Shown here piece by piece: positions 1 to 14,300 of a stretch of DNA of 64,000 nt. Both the position numbers and the translations under genes were made by a program. The notes beneath the pieces were generated by a model, which did not search any database, was not told where the DNA came from, and worked only from the letters and a program-made list of their open reading frames with translations. Positions within the stretch are counted from its first letter, which is position 1. Each line of letters begins with the position of its first letter. The stretch is from Jimgerdemannia flammicorona (taxonomy: Eukaryota), in the NCBI GenBank assembly GCA_003990765.1, contig RBNJ01000007.1, positions 1 to 64,000 on the forward strand, read 5' to 3'.

Positions 1-902
1 AAAAAGTATAGAGAATGTGCTACATCTTAAAGAAAGAGCACAGATAGTCTTTTCAAGTAGAGCTGTGAGAAAAGAGGAGTAGGGAAATGGTACATATAAT
101 TGCTAGATATGCTCAATTTCCAGAAGTATCCAATTATCAGAAGTACCTGATTGCTGGATGGATATATCATACTGAATGTACTGAGCCAGATACAGATATA
201 TTAAGCCAGATGCAGATATGTTGAGCCAGATACAGATATACTAGATTACTAGATACACCTTACCAGATATACCTTACTGGATACATCTTATCAGATGTGG
301 ATGCAGCAGATGTACTGAATTGCCAAATGCTCTCAATCACTTTCTATAGTATACCTGACTCTACTAGACAGTAAGTCAAATTTGAGATATATTTATTGAG
401 AAATTAATTCAGTATTATTCTTTAAACTAAATCAACTTCTTCAAACATTCTTCTGCCCAATGTTATGTAGTTACAATAAACTGAAATCAGGATACTGAGC
501 TCCACCAGAATTTCAGATATATATACTTGAATGGTCTCAGCTTTAAGAGAGTATCTCTTTGATATAATAAGCTCTTTATTACTGAAAAACACCCAATCAA
601 CTGGTGTACTTGTTGCAGGAATAGCCAGATAATCTCTAGCCATATTGCTCAAATTAGGAAAGTCTATTTGATGTCTCTACAAATTTAAAATAAAGAGAAT
701 TTTAGAGTCAAAAACTTATAATATTTAATATAAATAATTATGAAAATTCTTACCTTCTACTAATCTAATATACTAATACTCTCCAATAAGACTACTCAAT
801 CAGTAGACAAATACATTATAAGCTCATCTATTGAAGATTTCTTTTTTCTTTTTTTACTATAAAGATGCTATATAATGAAATCATTTATATAGTTATCCAA
901 AC

Positions 903-2391
903 TGTAAGAGGGTTACTTTTTAGGGTAACCATTACATGGTTCTGGAAGGGTTTTCTGAAAGTTCTGGATATTCTGGAAGACTGTTTTCTTATGGTCAAGA
1001 TTAATTTTATATGGAGTATGTCCTCTATGCTTATTGATTTCAAGTTCAGATTGATGTCTCAACCAAAGTCCTTTTTTCAGACTAGTTCTGGATGTTCAGG
1101 ATTTTCCGTATTTCAGGAAGTTCAAGAAACTAAGACCAGCTTAGTTGAATTGGCATATCGCTGCAGACAATACCCAATTAGGAAATTTCATGACGGAGTT
1201 AGGAGTGGGACCTAATGGGAAGCAGATTTACTTAAGAGTGGTTTGTGGGTTATTAAATAGATTTATTTGCTATTCATGATATTACTATATTAGGAGTAGT
1301 TATATGAAGGGATATTGTGGGGAAGTGCTCCGGAGTTGTGTTCGGATTGTTCAGGTCTGAGATTCTGAGGTCTGGGGGAGGGGGTATTTATACTAGTAAG
1401 GGGCTATCTGGACTATACTGGATATAGATATAGCACTAAGTATCTTGCTGAGTTGGAATGCAGTCACATAGTACAAGAGTGATATGTCAAGAGATCATCT
1501 GACTGCTGAGTCAGTTCACAGTCATGTTGTACAAGGCTAAACTAACTATACTATGACTGCTAAGCTATTTATAGGTTTAGGTGCTATCTGGTTAGTCTTT
1601 GATGATATCACTATTGATGACATTATTGCTAGCAAAGTCTGAGCAGTTTTCTGACTTCTGATATCATCAGTTTTAAGGTATCGTCACTTCTATCTCTTGC
1701 AAGATTAAGGCTGTCCTTGGTAGTGGTGGTTGTATAAGGATAACAGATCTTGGTTCTCTTTTTTTTTGGTCTGTTGGCATATTTGCGAGGACTGGCCATT
1801 CTTGTCTAGGGCAAGGGCTCCTAATGTCATGGTTGGGGGTTCGAACCTCTTGGAAATGATATTTTCTATAATCCAAGGCAATTTCTAGTAGTAATATCTG
1901 TCATGTGGATGGCTTGAGATTGGTTTCGACAATGTCGGCTTTCTTGAGTTCAGATGAAGCATCTGTCACTCTCTAATGGAGGTGACACAGATAGAGTGAA
2001 CAGAGTTGTTCAAATGTATTTTACTTCTGCTAAGTAATGAGGTCTTGTATAGTTGCAGTATATCCTGGTCTTGAGTTGATAAGTGCAGTTCATGAACCTT
2101 TTGGTAGATGAGATAGGGTTCTTCTTGTCTCGATTTGAGTTTAGTATTTTTGGTTTCCTTTTGTAATAGTACAGTATACCAAACTAGTTATAGCAGTTCA
2201 GAGTCAGTCTTATGGTTGTAGTACTTCTTCTAGTATTCTTGTATCTTGGTGGTGGATTCTCGTGCTTGCTGGCATATTTCGTGTAACCAGATGATCTCTT
2301 CAGTAACTTGTTTTGTAGTCTCGCATGTGGTTTCCAAATTAGTTTTGAGGATGCCATACAATTTTGGTGGCTTAGAGGTTGTGTGCTTACA
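903..2391 (-). repeat. 3' LTR of family A copy 1
   Basis: TGTAAG...CTTACA termini; direct repeat of 5786-7274; adjacent PPT. Confidence 0.95.
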
Positions 2392-2399
2392 ACTCTCCT

Positions 2400-5300
2400 C
2401 TTCTTAGCTTTCGACGTCCTCATCGGGGCCTTCTAATTTGTTCTGGTGTTGTTGTATCATTTGGATGGTTCTTATAGCTGTATTTGTTGAGAATTTGTTC
2501 AACTTTGTATTCTTCTTGGTCATTAATAATGACAGGTGCAGGTGGTTCTGTGGTTTAGTTCAGAAATGTGTCTCAGACCTTCTGGAGTAGTGGTCTGACA
2601 TGGCTGTCAACTTTGGAAAAGTCTTCTTCAGAGTTCTCGGGTTCTCCTTTGGATGGACAGATAGAGATAGTGAAGAGAGGGCATTTATTGGCTAATTTCT
2701 TGAGTTGTAGCTTGTTGATGTGGGTGATCTTTGGTCCAGGGTCACTAGAGTTAAGTAGGTCCTTTTTGCCTTGCAGTTTGAAGTTATGGCATCCTTTCTT
2801 AATGGTCAGAGAATGGTTTACCCAATCAATCATAGGGTTCTCTTATTTCAACCATGGAGTCCCAAGAATGATTTCATTATCAGGGAGTGGTACGATCTGG
2901 AGGGTGACATGTACTTGATAGTCACCAATTCAGAAGGGCAGATTGTGGACTTCCTTGCTAATAACATGGGAGGTTCCATCAGCTGTGACAACTGCTTGAG
3001 TTTGTTGTACCAGAGATGTGAAGACCTTGAGCCTGTTGGCTGTTTCTTTATTGATGAAGTTACCTGAGGCACCACTGTCTATCATAATCTTGACAGGTAC
3101 TCAATTGACAAAAGCTTTAAGTGTAAGCAGTTTGTCTGATCCAATGGTGGTGATTTCAGTTGTAGGAGCTTTCCTTCTGTTGATTCTTCTTTGAGCCAGT
3201 TCATTGACACAAGAGAAGCAATCATCAATCATTCGGGAAGAGTACATTCCAATACCATGGGGGTATTGGCCACTTGGTACATATCCATCTTCGATTTTCT
3301 TGTAGAATTGTTCTTCTTTGTTCACAGTAGGTTGGGCTGGGGCTTTATTTGATGAGCTAAATCCTTTGGATCCTCGGATGGTAGATAGTAGTTCAGGGAC
3401 TTCCTTGACTATCAGGGTTGACTCAATTTTCTCAAATAGGATCTGGGCAATGTAGAAACCTACAGGGATCTTGAAGGGTGTCCAACTGTGGTTTCGGATA
3501 AGAACAATAATTTTGCCTGTGTAATCTTCGTCAATGACTCCTCCTTCTACTGAGAGTCCTTTTAATGCTAGGCTGCTGTGACAGCATATTCTTCCAACAT
3601 GTCCTTCAGGGATTTGGATACTAATTCTTATGTAGACTTGCTTGACTTCTCGGTTGGAAACTGTAGCTTCTTCGGCTGCATACAGGTCATATCTAGCTGC
3701 TTTTTGACTTTCTTTAGTTGAGGCCTTGGCTGTTTGTCTTAGCTTGACAAAGTCTAGTATTCTGGTGGTCAGGTTATTGAGATAGTGCAGAGTAGTAACA
3801 GTTGCTCATGTTACTGTTCAGGGTTTTCGATTAGGGCAGGCACTGGTCATGTGTCCTGTCTTTCGGCAGTAGAAACATGCTCTACTTCTTCGAAGTTCAT
3901 TCCTTTCTCCTTCAGTAAGTTTCTTGAAGGTACTTGGCTGGCTGGATTCATGATTTCTGGGTGTCTAAGAGGTGGATGTGGAGGGAGCTCAGGATGCTTC
4001 ATGCTTGGGTTCTTCTTTCTTGGTCCAAGTCTTTTCCTTGTTGTTGAATTATCTTCAGGGCAGCATTGGTCTAGCTGTTAGGATTCGCTTGACTATAGTC
4101 TTGATTCTTGCCAGGCACCATTGTTGGTGATCACAACTGACTGGGCAGCCTTGTTCTCAGATTTTTCTAGTAAGCCATTCAGGTAGTGTATCGAATAAAT
4201 GGTCTGCCCTTGTACTATTTCGTGCTTCATCATTGGCAAATATATCCTAGACCAACAGTGTTCAGGAGTGACTCAAGTTTTGTACAGAAGGTTTCAAATT
4301 CTTCTTTGCTATATACATCGAATTTGAGGTTGCGGAGTTTTACTCGAGATTCAGCAATCATGGTTTCACTGCGGTATTGAGCAATCATGAGTTGTTTGAA
4401 TCCAGGGGCTGCAGGATGGGCTTCATATCCTGGGGCATTGTTTGCTACATTCTGAGCAACTACTGCAGGTCGGGTGTCCCATGTGAGGGGTTTTTCAGAA
4501 AGGGTTCACCACCATTCTTTGGCAGGTCCTTGGAAGAATGTAACAACTCGGCGGACATAGGCTGTAGTAGTAACAAAGAGTTGTTCCAGAGTGTGGTCTT
4601 GATTGTTTTTCAGAATGTGGTCAGCAACTTGCTCATTGGTCCATTGATTGGCTTCGAAGTTGGTATCAACTACACTAATGAAGCTTTGGACTTCTTGTAT
4701 AGTACCATTGAAGATAGGTAGACTCAGATTTTTGATAGGTCGGGTCTGTTCGACTAAGGCAGTAATGGTTGCTGCCATTATTGCTACTTGGGCTGTGAGG
4801 TCTAGAATCTGTTGGTTCACCATGTTGTTTACTGGAGGTGGTTAGACTGCTGGTACTGGTGTTACTGGTACTACTTGAGGTACTGGTGCAGAGTGTGAGG
4901 GTGTTCTTTAAGTCTGTGTAAGTTGCTGGAGTAATAGTTGTGGGTCTGGAGTAAGGGCTTGATAGATAGCTATCTGTTGCTGTGTAGGTGTATTCTGTCC
5001 TGATAGAGGTGCATCTCCTTCGGTGATGTATCCAGGATCAAATTCACTGAGATACTCCTTCTCCTCTTCGGTTTGGTCCCCGTGTAATTGGGTTTGCTCG
5101 GTATCAAAGTAGACAGAATCAGTTGTATATCTGATTTCAGATGGACTTAATTCAAAGTCAAGTTCTGGTTTGGTATTGGTTTCAGATTCAGGTAGAGCCA
5201 TAGCAGGGCCTGCTTCAGGTTCGGGATCAGGTAGTTGATGAAGGGCTTCTCTTGCTTCTTCCTTAAGAATATAGCAGGCCTTGCTGTTCTGGAATCGGTA

Positions 5301-5760
5301 GTATAATGCAGTCTTGGTCCTGGTACGGTGAAAGTTGGTAGAGTTGAGCCACTTGACTACAGAGGCTTGGGCTTCGTGAGGAACTAAGGCTAGAAAGACT
5401 GCTGCTGGTTGTCCTAAGTCGCTCAGATTTGTAGAGCTGACAAAACTCTTATTGAGAAGAGTAAAGAAGGCTTCAATAAGACCTTCTTCATCTTGACCTG
5501 CTGGGTGTAGTGTAAGGAGTTCGGTGAATAGGGTTTCACCTATTTGCTAGTTTAATTGGAGTACTTCTTTCTTTAAATGAAGTTTGTCCCACTTGTTGCA
5601 GATGTGGAGGTCAAATTGTCCTTGTACGTCAGATTCAATTCTCTCTAGATTATCAGATGGTTCAGGATAAATTCCAGTTCAGAGGTTGGGCTTTATATCA
5701 ACTTGTAGGAATTCGCAGAGAGGTTTGTAGTGGGGTGAGGAAGTGTCTTGAAACGGAATT
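2400..5760 (-). pseudogene. Decayed gag-dUTPase-protease polyprotein of A1
   Basis: CFYCRKTGHM zinc knuckle at about 3835-3880. dUTPase at about 3355-3757 (YDLYAA, SSLALKG, GGVIDEDYTG, RGSKGF). Protease MIDSGAS...ILGTPWL at about 2820-3130. EEYKVEQIL stub at about 2470-2520. Many stops. Confidence 0.9.
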
Positions 5761-5770
5761 GAATTGTAAA

Positions 5771-5785
5771 CCACTGCTACCAAGT
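5771..5785 (-). promoter_or_regulatory. Primer-binding site, initiator tRNA-Met-like
   Basis: ACT-TGGTAGCAGTGG follows the 5' LTR in element sense. TGGTAGC is complementary to the ...GCUACCA 3' end typical of initiator tRNA-Met. Confidence 0.65.
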
Positions 5786-7274
5786 TATAAGAGAGTTACT
5801 TTTTAGGGTAACTATTACGTAGTTCTGGAAGGGTTTTCTGGAAGTTCTGGATATTCTGAAAGACTGTTTTCTTATGGTCAAGATCAATTTCATATGGAGT
5901 ATGTCCTCTACGCTTATTGATTTCAAGTTCAGGTTGATGTCTCAACCAAAGTCCTTTTTTTGGACTAGTTCTGGATATTCAGGATTTTCCATATTTCAGG
6001 AAGTTTAAGAAACTAAGACTAGCTTAGTTGAATTGGCATATCACTGCAGACAATACCCAATTAGGAAATTTTATGATGGAGTTAGGAGTGGGACCTAACG
6101 GGGAGCAGATTTACTTAAGAGTGGTTTGTGGGTTATTAAATAGGTTTATTCGCTATTTATAATATTGCTATACTAGGAGTAGTTGTGTGAAGGGATATTG
6201 TGGAGAAGTGCTCCAAAGTTGTGTTCAGATTATTCAGGTCTGAGATTCTGAGGTCTGGGGGAGGGGGTATTTATACTAGTGAGGGGCTATCTGGACTATA
6301 CTGGATATGGATATAGTACTAAATACCTTGCTGAGTTAGAATACAGTCACGTAGTATAAGAGTGATATGTCAAGAGATTGTCTGACTGCTGAGTCAGTTC
6401 ACAGTCACATTATATAAGGCTAAACTAACTATACTATGACTGCTAAGCTATTTATAGATTTAGGTGCTATCTGGTTAGTCTTTGATGACATCACTATTGA
6501 TGACATCATCACTGGCAAAGTCTGAGCAGTTTTTTGACTTCTGACATCATCAGTTTCAAGGTGTCGTTACTTCTATCTCTTGCAAGATTAAGGCTGTCCT
6601 TGGTGGCAGTGGTTGTATAAGGATAACAGGTCTTGGTTCTCTTTTTTTTTGGTCTGCTGGTACATTTGCGAGGACTGGCCATTCTTGTCTAGGGCGAGGG
6701 CTCCCAATGTTGCGGCTGGGGGTTCAAACCTCTCAGAAATGATATTTTTTATAATCTGAGGTAATTTCTAGTAGTAATATCTGTTATGTAGATGGCTTGA
6801 AATTAGTTTCAACGATGTCGGCTTTCTTGAGTTCAGATAAAGCATCCATCACTCTCCAATGGAGGTGATACAGATAGAGTGAACAGAGTTGTTCAAATGT
6901 GTTTTGCTTCTGCTAAGTAATGAGGTCTTATATAGTTGTGGTGTATCCTGGTCTTGAGTTGATAAGTACAGTTCGTGAACCTTTTGGTAGATGAGATAAG
7001 GTTCTTCTTATCTTGATTTGAGTTCAGTATTTTTGGTTTCCTTTTGTAATAGTACAGTATATCAAACTAGTTATAGCGGTTCAGAGTCAGTCTTATGGTT
7101 GTAGTACTTCTTCTAGTATTCTTGTATCTTGGCAGTGGGTTCTCATGCTTGCTGGCATATTTCGTGTAACCAGATGATTTCTTCAGTAACTTGTTTTGTA
7201 GTCTCATATGTGGTTTTCAAATTAGTTCTGAGGATGCCATGCGATTTTGGTGGCTTGGAGGTTGTGTGCTTACA
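5786..7274 (-). repeat. 5' LTR of family A copy 1
   Basis: Direct repeat of 903-2391; terminal TG mutated to TA at 5786-5787. Confidence 0.95.
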
Positions 7275-8310
7275 CAAACTATAGTCAGAACTCAGTAGAG
7301 GTATATAGTTTTTCCAATATATATTAGTAATTGATTGCTCTGTCTTCTCAATAAATTCTTTTTTTCAGCCTTGATCTTTATAATATTGGAGCTTTAATTG
7401 TGGATCTAAAACTGGTCAAATATTGGAATTATATTCAAAATAATAAAATTTCTCATTTTAATTTATAAAAAACAACACTTTACTTACTAATACTGACAGA
7501 AAATATGGAAGCACCTGTTTTTGAATAATATTTTTTAAGCTTCTTCAAAGCTGCTTCAATAGCTTCCTTTTGTCTTAAGAGAGATATATCTTCATTCTCC
7601 AATAAGTCTAACAAATCTTCAAGTTAATCAATCAAATGTGTAAGAGAGTTACTTATTAGGGTAATTATTACATAGTTCTGGAAGGATTTTCTGGAAGTTC
7701 TAGATATTCTGAAAGACTGTTTTCTTAAGGTCAAGATCAATTTTATATAGAGTATATCCTCTATACTTATTGATTTTAAGATTGAATTGATGTCTTAACT
7801 AAAGTCCTTTTTCAGACTAGTTCTGGATATTCAGGATTTTCTATATTTCAGGAAGTTTAGGAAACTAAGATCAGCTTAGTTGAATTGGCATATCACTGTA
7901 GACAATACTCAATTAGGAAATTTCATAATAGGGTTAAGAGTGAGACCTAATAGGGAGCAGATTAACTTAAGAGTAATTTATAAGTTATTAAATAGATTTA
8001 TTCACTATTTATAATATTGCTATATTAGAAGTAGTTTGTATAAAGGGATATTGTGAAAAAGCATTCAGAATTGTTCTTGTGTATTCGAGTCTGAGATTCT
8101 GAGATCTGAAGAGGGGGTATTTATACTAATAAGGGGCTATCTGGACTATACTGAATATGTAGATATAGTACTTAGTGTCTTGCTGAGTCAGAATATAGTC
8201 ATGTAGTATAAGTGTGATCTGATATGTCAAGAGATCATCTGACTACTGAGTCAGTTCACAGTCATATCATATAAGGCTAATCTAACTATACTAATAACTG
8301 CTGAGCTATC

Positions 8311-11300
8311 TGTAAGCGCACAACCTCCAAGCCACCAAAATCACATATCATCCTCAGAACTAATTTAGAAACAATATGCGAGACTACAAAATAAGTTACT
8401 GAAGAAATCACCTGGTTACACAAAATATGCCAGCAAGTATGAGAACCTACTGCCAAGATACAAGAATATCAGAAGAAGTACTATAACTATAAGACTGACT
8501 CTGAACCTCTACAACTAGTTTTGGTATACCATACTATTACAAAAGGAAACTGAAGTACTAAACACAAACCAAGATGAGAAGAACCTCTCTTATCTACCAA
8601 AGGTTCATGAACTATACTTATTAACTCAAGACCAAGATACACTACAACTATATAAGACCTCATTACTTAGTAGAAGCAAAATACATTTGAATAACTCCAT
8701 TTACTCTATCTGTGTCACCTATATTAGAGAATGATGGATACTTCATCTGAACTCAAGAAAGCTGACATTGTCAAAACCAATCTCAAGCCCATCCATGTGA
8801 CAGATATTACTACTAGAAATTGCCTTAGATTATAGAAAATATCATTTCTGAGAAGTTTGAACCCTCAGCTATGACATTGGGAGCCCTCACCCTAGATAAG
8901 GATGACCAGTCCTTGCAAATGTACCAGTAGCTCAAAAAAAAAAGAGAACTAAGACCTGTTATTCTTGTATAACCACCACCACTGAGGATAGCCATAATTT
9001 TGCAAGAGACAGAGGTGATGACACCTTTGAAACTGATGATATCAGAAGTCAGAAAACTACTCAGACTTTGCCAGAGATGATATCATTAATAGTGATGTCA
9101 TCAAAGACTAACCAGACAGTATCTAAATCTATAAATAGATTAGCAGTCATAGTATAGTTAGATTAGTCTTATATGACATGACTGTGAACTGACTCAGCAG
9201 TCAGATGATCTCTTGACATGTCAGATCACACTTGTACTATGTGACTGTATTCTGACTCAGCAAGGTACTAAGTACTATATCTATATTCAGTATAGTCCAG
9301 ATAGCCCCTTACTAGTATAAATACCCCCTCCCCCAGACCTCAGAATCTCAGACTTGAACAGACTTGAACATATAAGAATATTCCTAAACACTTTCTCACA
9401 ATATTTCTTCACATATATAACTACTCCTAGTATAGTAATATCATAAATAGTGAATAAACCTATTTAATAACCCACAAACCACTCTTAAGTAAATCTGCTC
9501 TCTGTTAGATCCCACTTCTAACCCCATTATAAAATTTCCTAATTTGGTATTGTCTGCAGCAATATGCTGATTCAACTAAGCTGGTCTTAGTTTCTTGAAC
9601 TTCCTAAAATATGGAAAATCCTGAACATTCAGAACTAGTTCAAAAAAGAACTTTGGTTAAGACATCAACCCAATTTTGAAATCAATAAGTGTAGAGGATA
9701 TACTCTATATGAAATTGATCTTAATCTTAAGAAAATAGTCTTTCAGAATATCCAGAACTTCCAGAAAACCCTTTCAGAACTACATAACAGTTACTCTAAT
9801 AAGTAACCCTCTTACAACTTAGTAGCAGCAGTTTATAATCCAATTCTGCTTCAAGATGCTTCCTCACTCTACTATAAACCCCTCTGAGAATTTCTACAAG
9901 TTAGTATAAAGCCCAACCTCTAAACTGGAATTTATCCTGAACTATCTGACAATCTGAAGAGAATTGAATCTGACATATAAGGATGATTTGACCTCCACAC
10001 CTGCAACAAGTGGGACAAACTTCATTTAAAGAAAGAAGTACTCCAGTTAAATCAGCAAATAGGTGAAAATCTATACACTGAACTCCTTGTACTATACCCA
10101 GTAAGTCAAGATGAAGAAGGTCTTATAGAAGCTTTCTTTACTCTTTTCAATAAGAGTTTTGTCAGCTCTACAAACCCAAGTGATCTAGGACAACCAGCAG
10201 CAGTCTTTCTAGCCTTAGTCCCTCATAAAGCCCAAGCCTCTATAGCCAAGTGGCTCAACTCTACTGACTTTCACCATACTAGGACCAAGACTGCATTATA
10301 CTATTGCTTTCAAAATTGCAAGGCCCACTATATTCTTAAAGAAGAAGTAAGGGAAACTCTCTATCAATAACCTGACCCTGAACTAAAAGCAGGTCCAGCT
10401 ACAGCCCTACCTGAACCCAAAACCAATACTGAACCAGAACTTGACTTTGAATTAAGTCTATCTGAAATCAGATATACAACTGATTCTGTCTACTTTGACA
10501 CTAAGCAAACTCAATTACACAGAGACCAAACTGAAGAAGAGGAGGAGTATCTCAGTGAATTCGATCTTGAATATACCACTGAAGGAGATACATCTCTATC
10601 AGAACAGAATATACCTATACAGCAACAAATAGCTATCTATTGAGCCCTCACTCTAGACCCACAACTACTACTCTAGCAACTTATACAGACTCAAAGAACA
10701 CCCTCACATTCTGCACCAGTACCTCAAGTAGTACCAGTAACACTACTACCAGTAGTTCAATCACCTCTGATAAACAATATGGTGAACCAACAGATTCTAG
10801 ACCTCACAGCCCAGGTAGCCATAATGGCAGCAACCATTACTGCCTTAGCTGAACAAACCTGACCAACCAAAAATCTGAGCCTACCTACCTTCAATGGTAC
10901 TGTACAAGAAGTCCAAAGCTTCATTAGTGTAGTTGATACCAACTTTGAAGCCAACCAATGGACAAATGAGTGAGTTGCTGACTGCCTTCTGACAAATAAT
11001 CAAGACCACACTCTGGAACAACTCTTTGCTACTACTATAGCCTATATCTGCTGAGTTGTTACATTCTTCCAAGAACCTGCTGAAGAATAGTGGTGAACCC
11101 TTTCTGAAAAACCCCTCATATGGGACACCTGACCTGCAGTAGTTGCCCAGAATGCAGCAAACAATACCCCAGGATATGGAGTCCATCCTGCAGCCCCTGG
11201 ACTGAAACAACTCATGATTGCTCAATACTATAGTGAAACCATGATCACCGAATCTCGAGTTAAACTCTGCAATCTCAAATTTGATATACATAGTAAGGAG

Positions 11301-14300
11301 GAATTTAAAACCTTCTGTACAAAACTTGAGTCACTTCTGAACACCATTGGCCTAGGGTATATTGCCAATGATGAAGCCTGAAATGGTATAAGAGCAGACC
11401 ATCTATTTGATGCACTACCCAAATAGTTTATAAGAAAAATCCGAGAACAAGGCTGCCCAGTTGGCTGTGATCACCAACAATAGTGTCTGGTAAGAATCAA
11501 GACTATGGTTAAGTGAATCCTAACAGCTGGACTAATTCTACTCTAAAGATAATTCAATAACAAGGAAAAGACTTAGATTAAGAAAGAAGAACCCAAGCAT
11601 GAAGCATCCCAAGCTTCCTCCACATCCACCTTATGGACACCCAGAAATCATAAACCCACCCAGCCAAGTATCTTCAAGAAACTCACCAAAGGAGAAAGAA
11701 ATGAACTTTGAAGAAGCAGAGCATGCTTCTATTACCGAAAGACAGGACACATGGCCAGTGTCTGCCCTAATCAAAAACCCCAAACAGCAACATGAGCAAC
11801 TGTTACTACTCTGCACCACCTCAATAATCTGACTATCAGAATACTGGACTTTGTCAAGTTAAGGCAAACTACCAAGGCCCCAACCAAAGGAAGTCAAAAG
11901 GCAGCTGGATATGATCTATATGCAGCCAAAGAAGCTACAGTCTCCAACTGAGAAGTCAAGCAAGTCTATACAGGAATCAGTATCCAAATCCTCAAAGAAC
12001 ATGTTGGAAGAATATACTGTCACAGCAGTCTAGCATTGAAAGGACTCTCAGTAGAAGGAGGAGTCATTAATGAAGATTATACAGGCAAAATTATTATCCT
12101 TATCTGAAACCACAGTTGGACACCATTCAAGATCTCTATTGGATTTTGTATCATATAAATCTTATTCAAGAAAATTGAGTCAACCCTGATAGTCAAGGAA
12201 GTCTCTGAACTACTGCCTACCATCTAAGGATCCAAAGGATTTGGCTCATTGAACAAGGCTCCAGCCCAACTTACCATGAATAAAGAAGAATAATTCTACA
12301 AGAAAATCAAAGATGGATATGTACCAAGTAGCCAATATCCCTATGGCATTAGAATGTACTCTTCTCAAATAATTGATGATTGCTTCTCTTGTGTCAATGA
12401 ACTAGCTTAAAGAAGAACCAATAGAAGGAAAGCTCCAACTAGTAAAATCACCACTATTAGATCAGACAAACTGCTTACACTTCAAGTCTTTGTCAATCGA
12501 GCACCTGTCAAGATTATGATAGACAGTAGTGCCTCAGACAACTTCATCAATGAAGAAACAGCCAACAGACTCAAGGTCTTCACCTCTCCAGTACAACAAA
12601 CTCAAGCAGTTGCTATAGCTGATGAAATCTCTCATATCATTAGCAAGGAAGTCCACAACCTGCCCTTCCAAATTGGTGACTACTGAGTACATGTTACTCT
12701 CCAGATTGTACTACTTCCTAATAATGAAATCATTCTTAGGACTCTATGGTTAAAACAAGAGAACCCCATGATTGATTGGGTAAACCATTCTCTGATCATC
12801 AAGAAAAGACACCACAACTTCAAACTGTAAGGTGAAAAGAACCCACTTAGTTCTAGTGACCCTGGACCAAAGATCACCTATATCAACAAGTTACAACTCA
12901 AGAAATTAGCCAAAAAATGCTCTCTCTTTGCTATCTCCATCTGCCCATCCAAAGAAGAACCTGAGAACTCTGAAGAAGACTTTTCCAAAGTTGACAGCCA
13001 TGTCAGACCACTACTCCAGAAAGTCCAAGACATATTTCTGAACTGAACCACAGAACCACCTGCACCTGTCATTATTAATGACTAAGAAGAATACAAAGTT
13101 GAACAAATCCTCAACAAACACAGCTACAAGAATCATCCAAATGGTACAACAATACTAGATCAAATTAGAAGACCTTGATGAGGACATTGAAAGCTAAGAA
13201 GGGGAGAGTTGTAAGTGTACAACCTCTAAGCCACCAAAATCACATGTCATTCTCAGAACTAATTTTGAAACCACATACAAGACTACAAAACAAGTTACTG
13301 AAGAGATCACCTGGTTACACAAAATACATCAGCAAGTATGAGAACCTACTGCCAAGATACAAGAATATCAGAAGAAGTACTACAACTATAAGACTGATCC
13401 TGAACCTCTATAACTAGTTTTGATGTACCATACTATTATAAAAGAAAACTAAAGTACCAAATACAAACTGAGATAAGAAGAACCTCTCTTATCTACCAAG
13501 GGTTCATGAATTACACTTATCAACTCAAGACCAAGATATACTGCAACTATACAAGACCTCATTACTTAGTAGAAGCAAAATACCTCTGTTCACTCTATCT
13601 GTGTCACCTCCACTGGAGAATGACAGATGCTTCATCTGAACTCAAGAAAGCTGACATTGTCAAAACCAATCTCAAGCCCATCTACATGATAGATATTACT
13701 ACTAGAAATTGCCTTAGATTACAGAAAATATCATTTCTAAGAGATTCAAACCTCCAGCCATAACATTGGGAGCCCTTGTCCTAGACAAGGATGGCCAGTC
13801 CTCACAAATGCACCAGCAGCTCAAAAAAAAAGAGAACTAAGACCTGTTATTCTTGTACAATCACTGCTACTGAGGACAGCCATAATTTTGCAAAAGACAG
13901 AAGTGATGACACCTTTGAAACTGATGATATCAGAAGTCAGAAAACTACTCAGACTTTGTCAGAGATGATATCATCAATAGTGATGTCATCAAAGACTAAC
14001 CAGACAGCATCTAAATCTATAAATAGCTTAGCAGTCATAGTATAGTTAAATTAGCCTTATACGATATGACTGTGAACTGACTCAGCAGTCAGATGATCTC
14101 TTGACATATCAGATCACACTTATACTACATGACTGCATTCTGACTCAGCAAGGTACTAAGTGCTACATCCATATTTAGCATAGTCCAGATAGCCCCTTAC
14201 TAGTATAAATACCCCCTCTCCCAGACCTCAGAATCTCAGACTTGAACAGACTCGAATACACAAGAACATTCCTAAATACTTTCCCACAATATCTCTTTAT

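Larger units (their letters stand above)
903..7274 (-). mobile_element. Non-autonomous Ty3/gypsy LTR retrotransposon, family A copy 1 (gag-CCHC, dUTPase, protease, chromodomain stub; no RT/RNase H/integrase core)
   Basis: Two 1489-bp LTRs (903-2391, 5786-7274). 5-bp TSD CAAAC at 898-902 and 7275-7279. PPT at 2392-2405 (AAGAAGAGGAGAGT in element sense). PBS TGGTAGC next to the 5' LTR. Confidence 0.95.
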
